Shown: positions 11,701-25,075 of the stretch, in pieces
How the letters are laid out: each line of letters starts with the position of its first letter
Numbering within the stretch: position 1 is the stretch's first letter
Assembly (NCBI RefSeq): GCF_902713615.1
Contig: NC_052164.1
Location: 5,102,536-5,166,535 of the forward strand
Direction: 5' to 3'
Origin: Scyliorhinus canicula
Taxonomy: Eukaryota
Length of the DNA stretch: 64,000 nt
Notes under the pieces: model-generated
What the model was told of the DNA's origin: nothing
Database searches by the model: none
The model's input: only the letters and a program-made list of their open reading frames with translations
Position numbers and translations under genes: made by a program

Positions 11701-14700
11701 CGTGCAAAAATCGTGTTGCAAACTGTACACTGGCAGGTTTCCAAATGTACCTTCTCATCTGACCTATTAATGCATAACTTGTGTTTAATGTGACATTTGA
11801 CCTATAGCACAGTGACGTGGTATCGAGCAGCGTGCGCCCGGCAACTTGCCTCCTATCACTGGCCTTTCAGTTTAATTTTCAAACGGCTGAGAAATTAACG
11901 TAAGCCACTAAGATAAATAAAGATTTACATTAACGAGAATGCCGTTGGGGGGGGGGGGGGGGTGGTTAGAGCATGCCTAGCATCAGTCAAAGAGAGATCA
12001 ATAGGGTTACTGTACAACTAGAACAGAGGGTCTTTGATCTACGAAGCTGAACAGAATCGCAGCGAGAAACTATCCCCTTAACTTGCGAGATAATGCAGGC
12101 GAAGAGGCTGTGCACCATGAAGAGTTAATTTTTAATAAAGCTGCCTTTAATCTCATTGTCGTCTTATGGAATGCTTGGCTGCTAGCACGTCGAAAGAATA
12201 ATTCGGAGTATCTTTAACAATCTGTAGTTGGTTTGCGTTGTTTCAGTAGCCACCACGAAGAAATGTATCAAAAAAGCCTCGAGTTTTCCATTTGGATATT
12301 ATTCCCATAAAACGGACCCTCTGCTGTAAACAGATAGCTCTGCTTAAGTGCCAAAAACGATCAAATTCAATTTGATTATTTCTAGATCCATTCTGACGCC
12401 TGCAGTTCAAACTATCTTCCACAGCATACCAAACATTTGGCACATTTTCATTCTGCCGGAGGCTGCACGCAGCGTATAAAATGATTTGTTCAAAAAAAAG
12501 AGAGGAATTTAATGCAAACCCATTTTCTGCTAACATCAAACGTCGCCTTATCGCTCGTCGTCTATCTGGCCAGGAATGCCTGGGGAAATGGAAACCTATT
12601 AAAACGTTTTCCGTTAACACAATGTTGTACTCCCATGAATTCGAAAATGGTCCAACGCTTTTTGGCACTATTTTATGGTGGCGCGTGGTTTAGCAGCAAA
12701 CCGTCCTGTTGTATTCGAAAATATTATCAACAGTGTTCAGTAAAGCAAAACAAAAAATTCGCGTGAAATAAAAGTAGAGGTGGGACAATTCTGGAGAGTT
12801 GAAAGAGGTAACTTATTTCCCTCTCAAGGTTTCAATAAAAACACCACGAGATTGAGTTGAGACACTTTAAACCGTCAACACTGAATGGATCTTTAGTTTG
12901 GGAACTTTAAAAGTCGCGAGTACAATAGGTAAACACTCTTTACCCAGCTCATAAATCATGAGCACATTCATCTTGAGAATAACACCCTATCTAAAAATGC
13001 TTTTGAAGCTTCTTCCACGAATTCGGAGGTGTTAACAGCCATCAAAGGTAGACCCAAACCAAACGTTTGACTGTTTGAAAGATCTTTCGGAAGTTTGAGG
13101 AGAAAAGATTTTTTCTGAAGAAATCTTCACCGCCTCTCAGAAAAGAGCACTTTTGGGGGTTGGTGAGAGGATGTGTGTGTGTGTGGGGGGGGGGGGGGGG
13201 GGGGGGGGCTGGTGTGGGAGAGGCCACGTCTGTCTTAATCCGTTACACACAAAAAGTCAGCAATAGTTCACGGAAACCAACCGGGGACCTCTCTCTCAGG
13301 TCAAGTTATGCACCATTAATTATATCCACCCCTGGAATTCAGAGCTCCAGAGGGGGGAAAACGTTTCAACTGCAGTTGATGTGTTCGCTTACCTGTTGGA
13401 TTATTGCAATGGAACTTGGAAAAAGATCACTGAATTTGGTCTTTCATCATAGGTGCTGGAGCTCTAAACTATAATAACCGCGCGGGAGGAAAATATTTAT
13501 TGGACTCTGGTGGATTTTGAAAAAAAAAAATGCATTCTGGAAATCGCGGGATTGCCATCGAAAGATGCATGGTTTAGCCTGAGAGGAATGAATTCAATTG
13601 CAGCCATACTGCGAACTCACATCCAACCGGCACACAACTACATCTTTGCCTGGACCGACTATTAGGGGAAACCGAGCAGTTTATTATTTCAGAAGCCTCA
13701 TTCTGTACATGTCGTCCAAAGAAAAAAACAAAACAAAATCAAACATATAATCTCAGCATGATTTAAGGATAAGCTGTTAAATGGAACACGAGTAACGTGC
13801 CACTAGGAACGGGCCTGGTCGATGGATGTCAGAAATGACTGCCGAATGAGCTGAGATATTGCAGTACAACATGAGCGGACACCTTTAAAAACTGCACTGG
13901 CCAGTTTAATATGTTGTGATATTCAACAGGGGCGAGAATGAATGAGAAATGCAGAAAGAGAGGGGGAGACATACAGACGAGAAGGGAGGCAGGCAAGAAA
14001 GAGAGAGATAACAAAAGCAATATTAGTTGCCTCAGCAAAATGAAACAATCCTCTTGATATGTCAATTCACTAACAATGTTCAAGTGATTTATAAAATGAT
14101 TGCAATCATTACTTTCAAGAAAATAAACCTCAAATCTCCACGGAGTGGAACAGGCCATCACCTTATCCTATTTTTGCTCCTCCAATTGCAACAATTTCGG
14201 ACAATTGCTCCTTAGAGAACCGACTACATTTCAACACAAAGGAATGGAAAAACATGGAAATTTGGCACCAAAAATATAAGTTTTTCGGTGATTTGAAGCC
14301 ATCACTGAACGACAACAAAAAATCGTCATCTCTCGTAAAGGAGGACTATGCACGACTGAAGTGAATTATACCTCAAAATTAGTTTCGTTTTGTATTATCA
14401 GTGAAAGGTCAGAGGTTATAGTTATTACATTTTCACTTTTCTCATAGCCAGTCTGGGAGCATCACTATCATTTATTACTTGTCTTTCCGGAGCTAACTCT
14501 ATCGGTTATTGAGAGACGTTGCAACGCCTTGAGTTGTAAAGTGAAGAACATTACATACCTACGTACAATGCTGCGGCATTTAATTATATATTATTTCTTT
14601 AAGATAATTTGTGAACTTATATTGAATACGGTTCCCTACACTGACCGGTTTAGCTTGGGCTATCTTTGACGATGTTGACAATTTTATTTTTACAAATGAT

Positions 14701-17700
14701 TAGCTGTGAAATTAGGCATGTTTGTAGCAGTTTATTTGTATGTCCCGGATCCATTCTTGCCATTAATTTTCCAATAAATACTTCTTACAATATGTCGTTC
14801 TCCGTATGAATGAGGTGTAATTTTTTTGAACACGCGATCTGTTGTAAATGTTACGGCTGTATGTTTAGTTTGTTTCCTATCGCTATTCAAATATGAGGAA
14901 ATGTAAATATATGACATCCTCACCCATTCTTCTGCGCGGCGTCTGAGATAGGCTGTGGTGTAGTTCCCACGGAAATAGTCATATTTTTTTCATCAATTTT
15001 AAATAGCCACAAATAACGCCAGCAACAAATATATAACAGAGAGAATGGACATGATTTATTATGCGAAGTATATTACCTGTATATTAAATAGCCATCTTAT
15101 AAGAGCAACGTCAATTCTGAGTTACGCCGTGTTGTTTCGTTGCAATCCTTAATATATTATACCCCTTTAAATGGATGTATTTAAAGCATATCTGTTCAGA
15201 TTGAAGGTTATCAACGCAATATGAACAATGTAGATAAGGGAGAGCAAAGCAATTATGAAACGAGAACCATAAATAAATCTTCGACTCGGTCAGAAAGTTA
15301 ATTGTCAGCTGATGGATAGTAGAAGGGAAAAAGCAGTTAAGGGGGAAATAGTCCAGAATCACAAAACAATTTCTCTCCTGTTCGTATACGTTGTTGATTT
15401 TTTTTTTTCATGTAGGGGAATGTGATCTGTAGGAGAGAAACATTTGTGGACATGTGATCAAAATCCAAGGACTGAAAATAACCGGCACAAAATATGATAA
15501 ATCTCGGCACGGTTTCGAATATTGGGTTTTCAGAGTTTTCTGTTTTTGAAGTAGATTAGTTCTGGTTTTTAAGTGTTGCTTCTATTGAAGTCGCCACCGC
15601 TCGTTAAAGAGAAGCCGACACGAACAAAGCATTTAGGAGGGGCTTTTCGTTGGGGGATTGGCGCGGCTTTGTTCGGCTAGCTTTTAAAGCGCAGTTGCCG
15701 TCCTGTAAGGAAGGGACTGTAAATTCCACGGATAGAAGACAAACTGCCTTTAAGCCGCAACATTCCGAATACAAGAGCGTATTTTGCCTTTCCGTGGTAT
15801 AAAGATTTCTCAAATAAATACACATTGCTATCAGTGCCTCTGAAGGAACGCAACTGACCATTGAGCATGATTCATGTATGTCGGGGGCACAAAGTCACAT
15901 TATTTTTCCATTTTGGTGCTGGGAGTATCAATTAATAAGCCTCCAATTGAATCTAGGGTCAGATCTTACAAAGAAATTTACACATCTTTCCTATAGAAGC
16001 TAAGCAATATCCAATGGTGTTCTAATATCGATTTGTTAATGCCTTGCCCCCTTTCTCTTTTTCAGGAGCCTTTTTTTTGGCAAATGAAGAAAATCGACAT
16101 CCCGAAGGGCCCTGCCATCATAGAGCAACTCTGTGTTTTCATCCCCCCCCCCCCCACTCATTTTACAGCACTACTATTACTCAGAGGTTGAAGAAAACAA
16201 ATTATGTGCTATAATTTGTTAAAAGACAGAGACTTTGTCAATCTATCCAATAATTGCCTACTTTTACTATATGTAATGTGTTCATATACATGACTGTATA
16301 AAACATACATATGTATGTCAAATACAACATATAAGCAAGATACACCACATATATGATATAAAGTACATTATGCCATTAACAAGTTCATAATTTGTTCCTT
16401 TGTACTTGTAGCTTGCTTCTAAGTAATGGAGTCTGCTATTGACGTCTGTGTCTGGTACATTAAATAATGAAATGGTTATAAGCATTTTGAGGTTTTCATC
16501 TTGTGAGCTCACAAATAGGTATACAATAGATGATGCCAACGAAGCCTTGGTAATTATCAAAACAAACACTTAAAAACACTTCAGATAATCATATTAAAAA
16601 CGACCATTAAATATCCCTCAATAAGAAAAAGATTGCTATTCAGCTGACAGATAATGTATTTTGAACGGCACGCGTCTTTCAATACGGATGTTCCTTTCCT
16701 GCTGCAACCATTAATATTAATGCAATCACTGAGTTATTCTAATTTTACTACATAAAGGTTTGCACTAAACGATCGGTGTTAAATGTTACGCTGCTATTAA
16801 TGCTTCAATTGACTGGCTGGCGTCCAACCGCAGAAATAAACGGACAGAGGCGTTGTGGAAGTCTGTTAGTACTTCGCTCATTTTCAAAATTGGGTTTTGC
16901 AATTCATTTCTAGTCACCCAAAGCGCCTCCTTCACTAGATTTTTATTCCAATGAGGCGTTGTGTTTTAAAGAATTCATACAAAACTATCCATAATGGTAA
17001 CACGGATGCTGTAATTAAGACCCCCCGCTATAGCTTTCATATTATCCTCTGATCTATTGCTACAAATGGCCCGCAATAATCAACTCTGGGGAGAGGATTA
17101 CAACCTTCCTCATTCCTGAATATCATCACTTGCACATCATTCTCAAAGAGCATGATTTATCACCACGGACGAACATAAACAACACACAACTTACACACAA
17201 TGGCATCCCTAGTTGTTGTTGACATATTTTGCAATAAATCAAGAAAGCTAAGAAGAAAACATTCACACAAAAAATCAAAGAAAATGGAGAAATAAACAAA
17301 CTATACCACGTGGTAAATTGAAAAATATGAGGAGAAGACACTATTGTCAAATGTTATGACAGTCTTGTAAAACATAAATAACACACAACTATTACATACA
17401 GAGACACGAGGCACTGCAGCTGTACTTACAATAATCCAACCACGGTATGTCTCTCTTCCCACATTGTTTTATTCCAGCCTCTCTCTCAAGTTATAGGCTT
17501 GATTTTAAAAGGACAGTAGAATTTCACGTCAGACATAGGGAGACCATGTCGGCGATTTACCGACGAATACATATCTATTCTGCAACAGCTGCATTAATTA
17601 TTTAATGAGTCACGTGATCGAGGGGGAAGGGGGGTTTTCAAATTCATACTCCAAGGAGAAGTGTCACCTTCCACTGGGAGAGGGGGAAATATTTCAGATT

Positions 17701-19727
17701 CCTCTTTATTCCCAATGATTTTTATTCGCAAAATTGTCTCAATGCATCACTAGGGATTATTGTTAAAAAGCGGGATTCACATGTTCTTATAGGGATTCTG
17801 TAAGGCGAGAACTAAATAGAAGTGTGACTGTTTCAATTGCTTCAGAGCTTCCTAAGTCTCATTTTTTTGTATCCTGAGACGCTTCTTCAGATTCACAACC
17901 ATGACCATCTTTTATGGCGTCGGAGGTATTCTAGTCCTCATATATATTAGACCGGGAAACTGCCTGTTCCATTGCACCATAAGTTTGCTTCTCGCTTTCA
18001 TTGTTTTTCCAAGTTTTTTTTATTCTCCTCATATCCTTTTCCCTTGTCTCACAGTTGTCTTTGTACTACTGTGGAACCAATATATCTTGAACAGGAACGG
18101 TCCCTTTTCACTTACACGAGGAGAGCATTGTTCCTCCTGTTAAAAACCTTGCAAACAGTCGCTACCAACAACATAAATACCTCCCCAAAAATTCGAGCTA
18201 ATGCATTTAAAACCATCCATTGAAATGCGTTTTGCCGTTGTGACATTATAACCATTCGGAGGAAATCTCTGCTGGGGACACTGAATCTCTATTATTGGCA
18301 AGGAGGTGTGGATAGCGGTGGGAGATCCTCGTTATATTTTCCTCTGGCAGCAGCAATGCTTTGGAAAAAGCAATAATCTTAGTGAGAATCATTCTCCGAG
18401 AAACCAATTTGACACAGTGCTAACTTGGTCTTGTTTCAATATTCTCTCTGCGGGAGCTTCCGAACGTGCAGGCCAGCAGTAAATTACAGTAGGTACATTT
18501 GCAATAGCACTGGAGGTTATTTCGTTACAAGTTTTAAAAATCTGCCCGATGTAGGCCATACTATTACCTGCAAATCAGCCTTTGTTCTCGTCAGAAACCC
18601 CACCGTTTTCAGAAAATTATGATGATATAATTTAATGATATTCTGAATAAATCTCATCTGTCATACCCTATTGCATTCTAAAATGATGTTAGAAAATCCA
18701 AGGGTTTAAAAATGAGAATAAAGCATCTTTAGTCATAAAAGCCTTCTAACTACTTCGAAAAAGGAAGGGATTGAGGGGCGGGGACTTTCAAGTAACAAAG
18801 AGGACCTTTTCGTTTATTTGCTTTTAACAGACATTTGAAACTTCTCTCTAAACTGCATGCTGAATTATTGCATTCACGTGTTTATTGTCTGGAGCAAGCT
18901 CAAACGTTAGATTCATAAATTGGAGTTAGATAATTCAGCAAAACTGCGGAAACTGGGCTTCAGTTTCAGGTCCTCTTAATAAAATTTGTATTCCACAGTG
19001 CTTACTTCTTAAATTGTGAAAAATGTGATATCTATTTCTCCTCTTAGTGAACGGGGAAACTGAGTAACAGTCAGGTTTGAATTAGGGCGTTCTCTTCTGT
19101 AGTGGGGCTTTGATAGCAATAAGCTGCTTTGAAAAGCCCGACATGTTGTACCCACGGAATGTGTCTCTCTCCCTCTCTCTCTTGCCTGATGCTGATTGTC
19201 CACAAGAAAACCGCTTTATTTTTTCAAAAGTCAGGCTAAAATTCTATTCTTATCATCAATACACAAAAATATTGAAATAAAATTTCAAGGCTTGCCAATA
19301 TGTTACATCTTCCATAGAGAACAGGCAAGCTGAGAATAAAATGGTCCATTTTCCTTCTCAATGGTTGGATTTTTAGAGACCATCTTTAAATGTGATTACA
19401 ACACGCACAATCTGCGTATGTCTCTAAAATTAATTCTCCGACTTCTTTGAGCTGAATATTAAAAAAACAAAAGGGATTTCTAAACAAACATTCGAGATCG
19501 CCCATCTTTTCCAATGCAAGTTGGAAATATTGCACACAAGCCGAACAGAACGGACACTATTCAGCGACGCAGCACAGAATTTAAGTCGAATGAACGAGGG
19601 GTAACCCTGGAGTTTTTTTTATCCTTTAGTATTGAGAATGTTCAGATAGAACAGAGTCATGTCTTAAAGGTCAAGGGTTTCAAAGGTCAGACTGCTAGAA
19701 TAAAAACAGCTAATCGGATAGAAAAGT

Positions 19728-19744
19728 TGTCCTTTCTGTGAACC
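19728..19744 (-). promoter_or_regulatory. DR5 RARE 3' of HoxB4 (early neural enhancer, ENE-type)
   Basis: GGTTCA-cagaa-AGGACA, the same form as the recalled Hox4 3' RAREs. It sits about 2.8 kb 3' of the HoxB4 stop, just beyond CR3. Confidence 0.8.
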
Positions 19745-20185
19745 CTTTCGGCCGTCCTGCTGACCAACCATCAAGCTGATTTTATTCCATAAGATATGTA
19801 TGTGTCTAAAACCACATTAAAAAGATAAGCAATTAACGTAAACTATCATCAAATTCTACAGTCGATGCACTGACTTCATATTTCAAGGTTGCACACCAGC
19901 CAGTATGGTGTTCACATTTAATTCTCAAGAACAACAAAGCGATTCAAAGTAAGGAAATTACTGGACTTCGTTGCTTTTACCTTTCTTTGAGCATTTTCCT
20001 TTTTTCGAAACCCGAGCATTTTACGATTTTTAAGCATAGTGAGAGGGAATCTTCCGATGCTGACTGAGAAATTCCACGCTCTGCCCATATTTTTAAGAAC
20101 CCTCCAGGTCGCGAACCACTTTTGCCCGGGAACGACCATCCAGATTCGCTGTTGAGCAACATGGGAGAAGTATTTAAAAGAAAGC

Positions 20186-20220
20186 AGTGATTAATGATTC
20201 AAGTAATTCTCACATTTTTC
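20186..20220 (-). promoter_or_regulatory. CR3 / late neural enhancer core (Hox-responsive HS1+HS2 sites shared by Hoxb4 and the distal Hoxb3 promoter)
   Basis: Minus strand GAAAAATGTGAGAATTActtgaatCATTAATCACT resembles the recalled mouse CR3 core (GAGAATTA...CATTAATCAC) and is in the expected position 3' of HoxB4. Confidence 0.7.
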
Positions 20221-22537
20221 CGAACCACTCCACGTACAAATAATGCCTGTGAACTTTAGTGATATAGCCTGCATTCAGAGCCTTTGGCAACAGTCTGCCA
20301 GAGGCTGGGAGGACTGGCTGGCCTCTTATCTGTGTCAATGAATAGAGAAAATTGAGGAGCGATTGCCGAGATTCAATGAATAATTCTTATATTATTAACT
20401 AAAGTAATTACTCCTCAAAACGCTTCAGAATTATATACTTTAACGAAAGTGTTACATTTGGAAAGACTGCATTTCCCTTCGTCTCAGCTTCGTGGGTTCG
20501 TGGGACCTGGGGGGCGGTGGTGGTGGGGGGGGGGGGGGGGGGGGTCAACACAAAACACATACATTGGGTGGACAGGATTTTCTCATATAAGCGACAGATT
20601 GTAAATCGTTCTGTTGTCTCCAAAGACAAGACGTGATTTAAGGAAATCAAACTTTATTCCGGTTTGTTTTGAAACAATGGAATATGTGAAATCTCATCAT
20701 GTTAAAAACAGACTACAAACAATCATCAAAAAAGGGCACATTATATCGTGTTCAAATTAATTAAGTTTTTCTGGTTGCATTTGAAATTAATATTTTTGAA
20801 GGCAGGGAATGGGGTAGGGTGGGATTACCATATCCTTCAGTTACAACTTCAGAAATGCAATTTGGTAAAATTTTTGTTAAGTTGTAGGGCTAAGGCGAAA
20901 CACGTGCGTCAGTGAAGTATACTCTTGAACCAGCGACTATTCCTCCCAAATGTAGACTATTGTGCTGTGCATTGATATAGACTCCAGTTAGCTTTTCTTT
21001 CGATATTTGCTGCATTTTCAGATTCCAGATTGCATATGCAATGTGCTATACGAAAGAAAATTAAAATTAATACGAAGTTTCATCTGACAAAAGAGGTCAT
21101 TTGTCTTCTTGATTATCTATTTGCTTGTCAAAGCTTGAACCGTTACACCCTCCAATCCCTTTCCAATACCCAAACGCACATGCACAAAGAGAAAATGCTA
21201 AAAGGCACGATATAAATGGTAGAAATGGATTTAACTTTACAAGATTAAGGACTGTACAAGAAAAAAGGGATCTGGCAGCGATCCCAAACGATCAATGAAT
21301 AACAGATAACTAGATGAGGTAGCAAATCTTCAAAAAGAGTGTTTTCCAAAGTATTACTCCATTGCATCAGTGTGCAATACGTCAATTTCCACAAACCATT
21401 GAAAGGGCCTCGAACAATATAGAAGAAGCATTGCATTTGTTTTGAGGTGTACCCCTTCTGGCATTATTTTCACCAAGGCAGTGTCCTTTGTTATCACCCT
21501 GACCAACTCACACAGATGGATGAGCTTAGAAAAATCTGCAGTCATGTTACCAATCATATTGCTTCGAGAATTGGACTGGCAGACTAGGTACAAATAAACA
21601 AGTGAAAAGATACACCTTGAAAAAAATTTATTTCGGTTATTACTATTTACACGTATTTTGGTCTGGATGAAAGTCAATACATACAGAACAATGCAAGGAC
21701 ATAGACTGCTAACGAAAATACAAACTCCTGTGGGCCCGAACGAAGTAGCTGCTAAACTTCATAGTTTGGAATGTCATAAGAGTGATAAGGAAATTAAAAC
21801 AGCTTAACTACCTAACCTTCCACTTCTTTCGGCTAATGTACAATCTACTAATACGAAGGCCAGAAGCAAGTATTGTATCGTGGCTGTACAAGTCACATGC
21901 AACATTTTCATAACCACTTTAAATAACTTTGTTGACATAATTTATTCCTACGTATGATTTTTACACTTTTGTCTTTAAAGTCCAACTACATACATTTTAT
22001 TGGCACCGAAAGTAATATATTTGGGACCATGACGGCTGAGGAAATGGAATACATGTCAGTGTTAAATTCCAAAGAAAATACCCAAAATGTTTCTTTTTGT
22101 AAACCCCAATGGAAAATGACTCCGAGCTTCAAACCACAAAGGCCGTCTTGCCGAACTGCTTCAACAATCTTGTTGTGGGTTTGTTTTTGTGTGAATAAAA
22201 GACAGTTTGTCATCCCAGGTTGACGAAACGGAGCCTCATTTATTAAAGTGTTCGTTTGCTGTCGAGGTAATCGTAGGCATAGAGTTCATCCTTTGTACCA
22301 CCAAGTAAACATGACAAATGGGGAGACTTTGGCGTGATTAAAGATGAAACGAGGATTCATCTTTGCCAATCTCTTCTGAAAACTGCAATCTACAATATTA
22401 CTTATGGGGGAGGGGTGAGAGGAGTTGGCAAAATCGGAGTATTTACAGCTTAGACTTTGCCATTATAAATAAACAGTCTTTCAGTTAAAATCCTATGCGT
22501 ATGCGCGGGTCTACCAATTTCTCTCCCAGAAGAACAG

Positions 22538-22857
22538 CTATAATGTGGCTGATGGTCCACTTGGCTCCTGGTTCTGGGAGCTTCCTTGCGATTGATGACT
22601 TGCAGTGGACGAGGAGCCTGTAGTAGACCTGATTTTGGTATTTGGCAACTTGTGGTCCTTTTTCCATTTCATTCGCCTGTTCTGGAACCATATTTTAATC
22701 TGTCGTTCTGACAGGCAAAGAGAATGGGCTATTTCCACCCTGCGTCTCCGGGTTAGGTACCGATTAAAATGGAACTCCTTCTCCAGCTCTAGAACTTGCT
22801 GCCTCGTGTAAGCAGTGCGGGAGCGTTTGGGTTCCCCTCCTTTGTAATTAGGGTTCA
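22538..22857 (-). CDS. hoxb4: HoxB4 exon 2 (homeodomain); spliced protein 241 aa
   Basis: [78 protein letters not shown]; acceptor ttttgttcAG at 22859-22858; TAG stop. Confidence 0.96.
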
Positions 22858-23042
22858 CTGAACAAAAAGCAATAACACAGAAATAACTGACTGAACACCA
22901 CGAATCTCACAAGGAACAGAACTAGTGCACTTAAAGTAAGCATTAGCGTAAGAAAAATGTAAAAGTTCACTTCTATCATTAACTGCTGCTCAAAGAGATC
23001 TGAGCGGCTAGGACACACACATCAAAGGCACATGGCCAGAAG

Positions 23043-23072
23043 TGTAATTGTACTGCAATAAAAATTTATGGA
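23043..23072. promoter_or_regulatory. HB-1 element (homeodomain-site cluster) in the HoxB4 intron
   Basis: tgTAATTGtactgCAATAAAaaTTTATGG: three closely spaced homeodomain/Cdx-type sites at the known Hox4 intronic position. Confidence 0.75.
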
Positions 23073-23187
23073 GGATGTGATTACTGACCTCCAGATAGGC
23101 GATCGTAAATCTAAAGAATGGCTATTTACAGTGGGTGCAATAGATCCCGGGCTTTCAGGACGTAAAAAGCCCAGGCAAACGACTCAC

Positions 23188-23593
23188 CGACGTTTATATG
23201 TAATTTCTTCATCCACGGATAAACCACAGGCTCTTTGGAACAAGGAGTGTTTTGGTTGCTGAAGTTCTGACTGCAAGAGGGCGGAGGGCTTGGAGTCAGC
23301 GAGACAGACTGGTGGCCATGCTTGTCTAAGTGGTTCTGCAGGCCGGTCTGCGATTGTACGTGACCCCTAGGCGCCACGACCTGCTCGCCCGAGCCCTGGA
23401 GGTTGCTGCAAGAGGAGTAGGGCTGCTCGCTGTACGCTGACCGCGGGTACATCGCCTCATGCTGAAACCCGGGCTCCCGAGCCCGGGGAAAGTATTCCGG
23501 AGAATGGCTTGGTAGGTAATTGTTCTGAGAATACTCTTCACACGGTGGAAATTTAGGGTCCACATAGTTAGAATTAATCAAAAACGAACTCAT
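23188..23593 (-). CDS. hoxb4: HoxB4 exon 1
   Basis: MSSFLINSNYVDPKFPPCEEYSQ start; KEPVVYPWMKK hexapeptide; donor GTCG|gtgagt at 23187; 406 nt. Confidence 0.95.
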
Positions 23594-23659
23594 GACCTTT
23601 AATATCTGAAATGCAAAATAACTCAAAATTTTTTCTAACCCAGCCGTTTTTCCTGTTAC

Positions 23660-23770
23660 CTAAACCCTCCTACTTTACTGTCAAGTGAACAAAGTTAGGC
23701 GTTCATGTGACACCGGCAGCCAATGGCAGGTCCCGTTCGATTCCCGGATAAGGAAATAGAATTGGTCGCT
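23660..23770 (-). promoter_or_regulatory. HoxB4 proximal promoter (E-box plus CCAAT)
   Basis: CATGTGAC at 23704-23711 and CCAAT at 23720-23724, about 110-130 nt upstream of the ATG; consistent with known USF/NF-Y control of HOXB4. Confidence 0.65.
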
Positions 23771-24984
23771 GAAAGCGCCCAAGCTTCTCCCCTAAACAGT
23801 TTTTGATTACAGCATTTAATGTGCCCTTTTTATTCCTAAAACTTGGCAAGTTTGCACATAAGACCTTTTTTGCTTGAAGTCCGTTAAGCAGAATTGACGT
23901 CGTACAAAGGAGTTTGTTATATGCATCAGTGGCTTCTTGCTAGTCGATATCACTCCCAAAAAAAATGAGTCAGCTTTTCAAAAAAAAAACATAAAATAGG
24001 ATCTGATATGTTAGCATCTATCCGTGGCTGCTAAATCTTTTTGTAATCGCGATGCTAACGCCTTTGCAGAGCTTTGGGAGGAGGAAGGCGTTTAGCTGGC
24101 AAAGATAAATCGAGCTGCTTTGGATCAATAGAAAATTCATCAACTAATTCAGGACACCTAAGTCAACAAATTGCATTCGGCAATGCATTAGACTGGCGAT
24201 TTTCACCCAGACTATCTCTTGTTGAAAAAGTCCCCCTCGAAACATCCCCAGAATACGTACAATTGAAAAAAAGAGAAATATTTCACAGGTAACAACCAAC
24301 GCAAGTCTAAACGAAGTTGCCCATGTTCGATTAAAAACATGTTCCCAAAGTGTGGAAGGAATGCTAATACACGTTTGCCTCTTGCAACATTGAATGGCTT
24401 TCGTTGGCTTCACTTAAAAAGATGCACAACGCAATGGAGCTACAGCATCCTTCTATTTTTGAAATCGTAATGTTTGTGAATTCTCGAGAAAACATGACAC
24501 AGATAACTGCAAAGTTTTATTTAAAATGATACATAGAAATTGAGGAAAAAATCCACAATAAACTGGAATTAAATAATTGAAGATGTTCATATGCTTTCAA
24601 TGCATGATAGGCTGTAATTCCATGGACAGCAAACGACATGCGTGGGGGTTTCGAGTTGATTAATTTCTAAGTCATAACAAGCCCTATAAAGCTGACCATT
24701 TTAACGGAGGTATGCGCGGGATTATCGAAAAAGGTAACAGTAACATTCCATATTTAAATGACGTAACAAATACAGCAGCAGAGAGTGCTGAGAGTTGTTG
24801 CAACAAGACTGGAAAGGGAATAAAAAGGACAGCACGTCACCCCAAGCTACAGTCTGACCCGCAGAACCAGGTAGATGAATGCTATGTTTCGCTTTTTTTT
24901 ATTTAGCTATATTATCGATTTGTTCAAAGAGGATTCTAGGCGTGAGCATATTCTTCCGTCTTCCGGGTGAATGTTGTAGCGTTT

Positions 24985-25075
24985 GTGTCGACTACATACT
25001 CCCCTAGATACGAATTTGTGACCACAACTTTGTCAACACAAATTCGGATCTACAGGGTATATATAGAGGACAGAC
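24985..25075 (-). ncRNA. mir10a: mir-10a precursor hairpin
   Basis: Mature 5p TACCCTGTAGATCCGAATTTGTG at 25059-25037 and complementary 3p arm CAAATTCGTATCTAGGGGAGTA at 25018-24997. Canonical position between Hox4 and Hox5. Confidence 0.97.

Noticed and set aside
21315-21322. let-7 8mer (CTACCTCA) downstream of HoxB4
   Set aside because: Several AATAAA signals (about 22240, 21941, 21628) lie between it and the stop codon, so it may not be in the mRNA.
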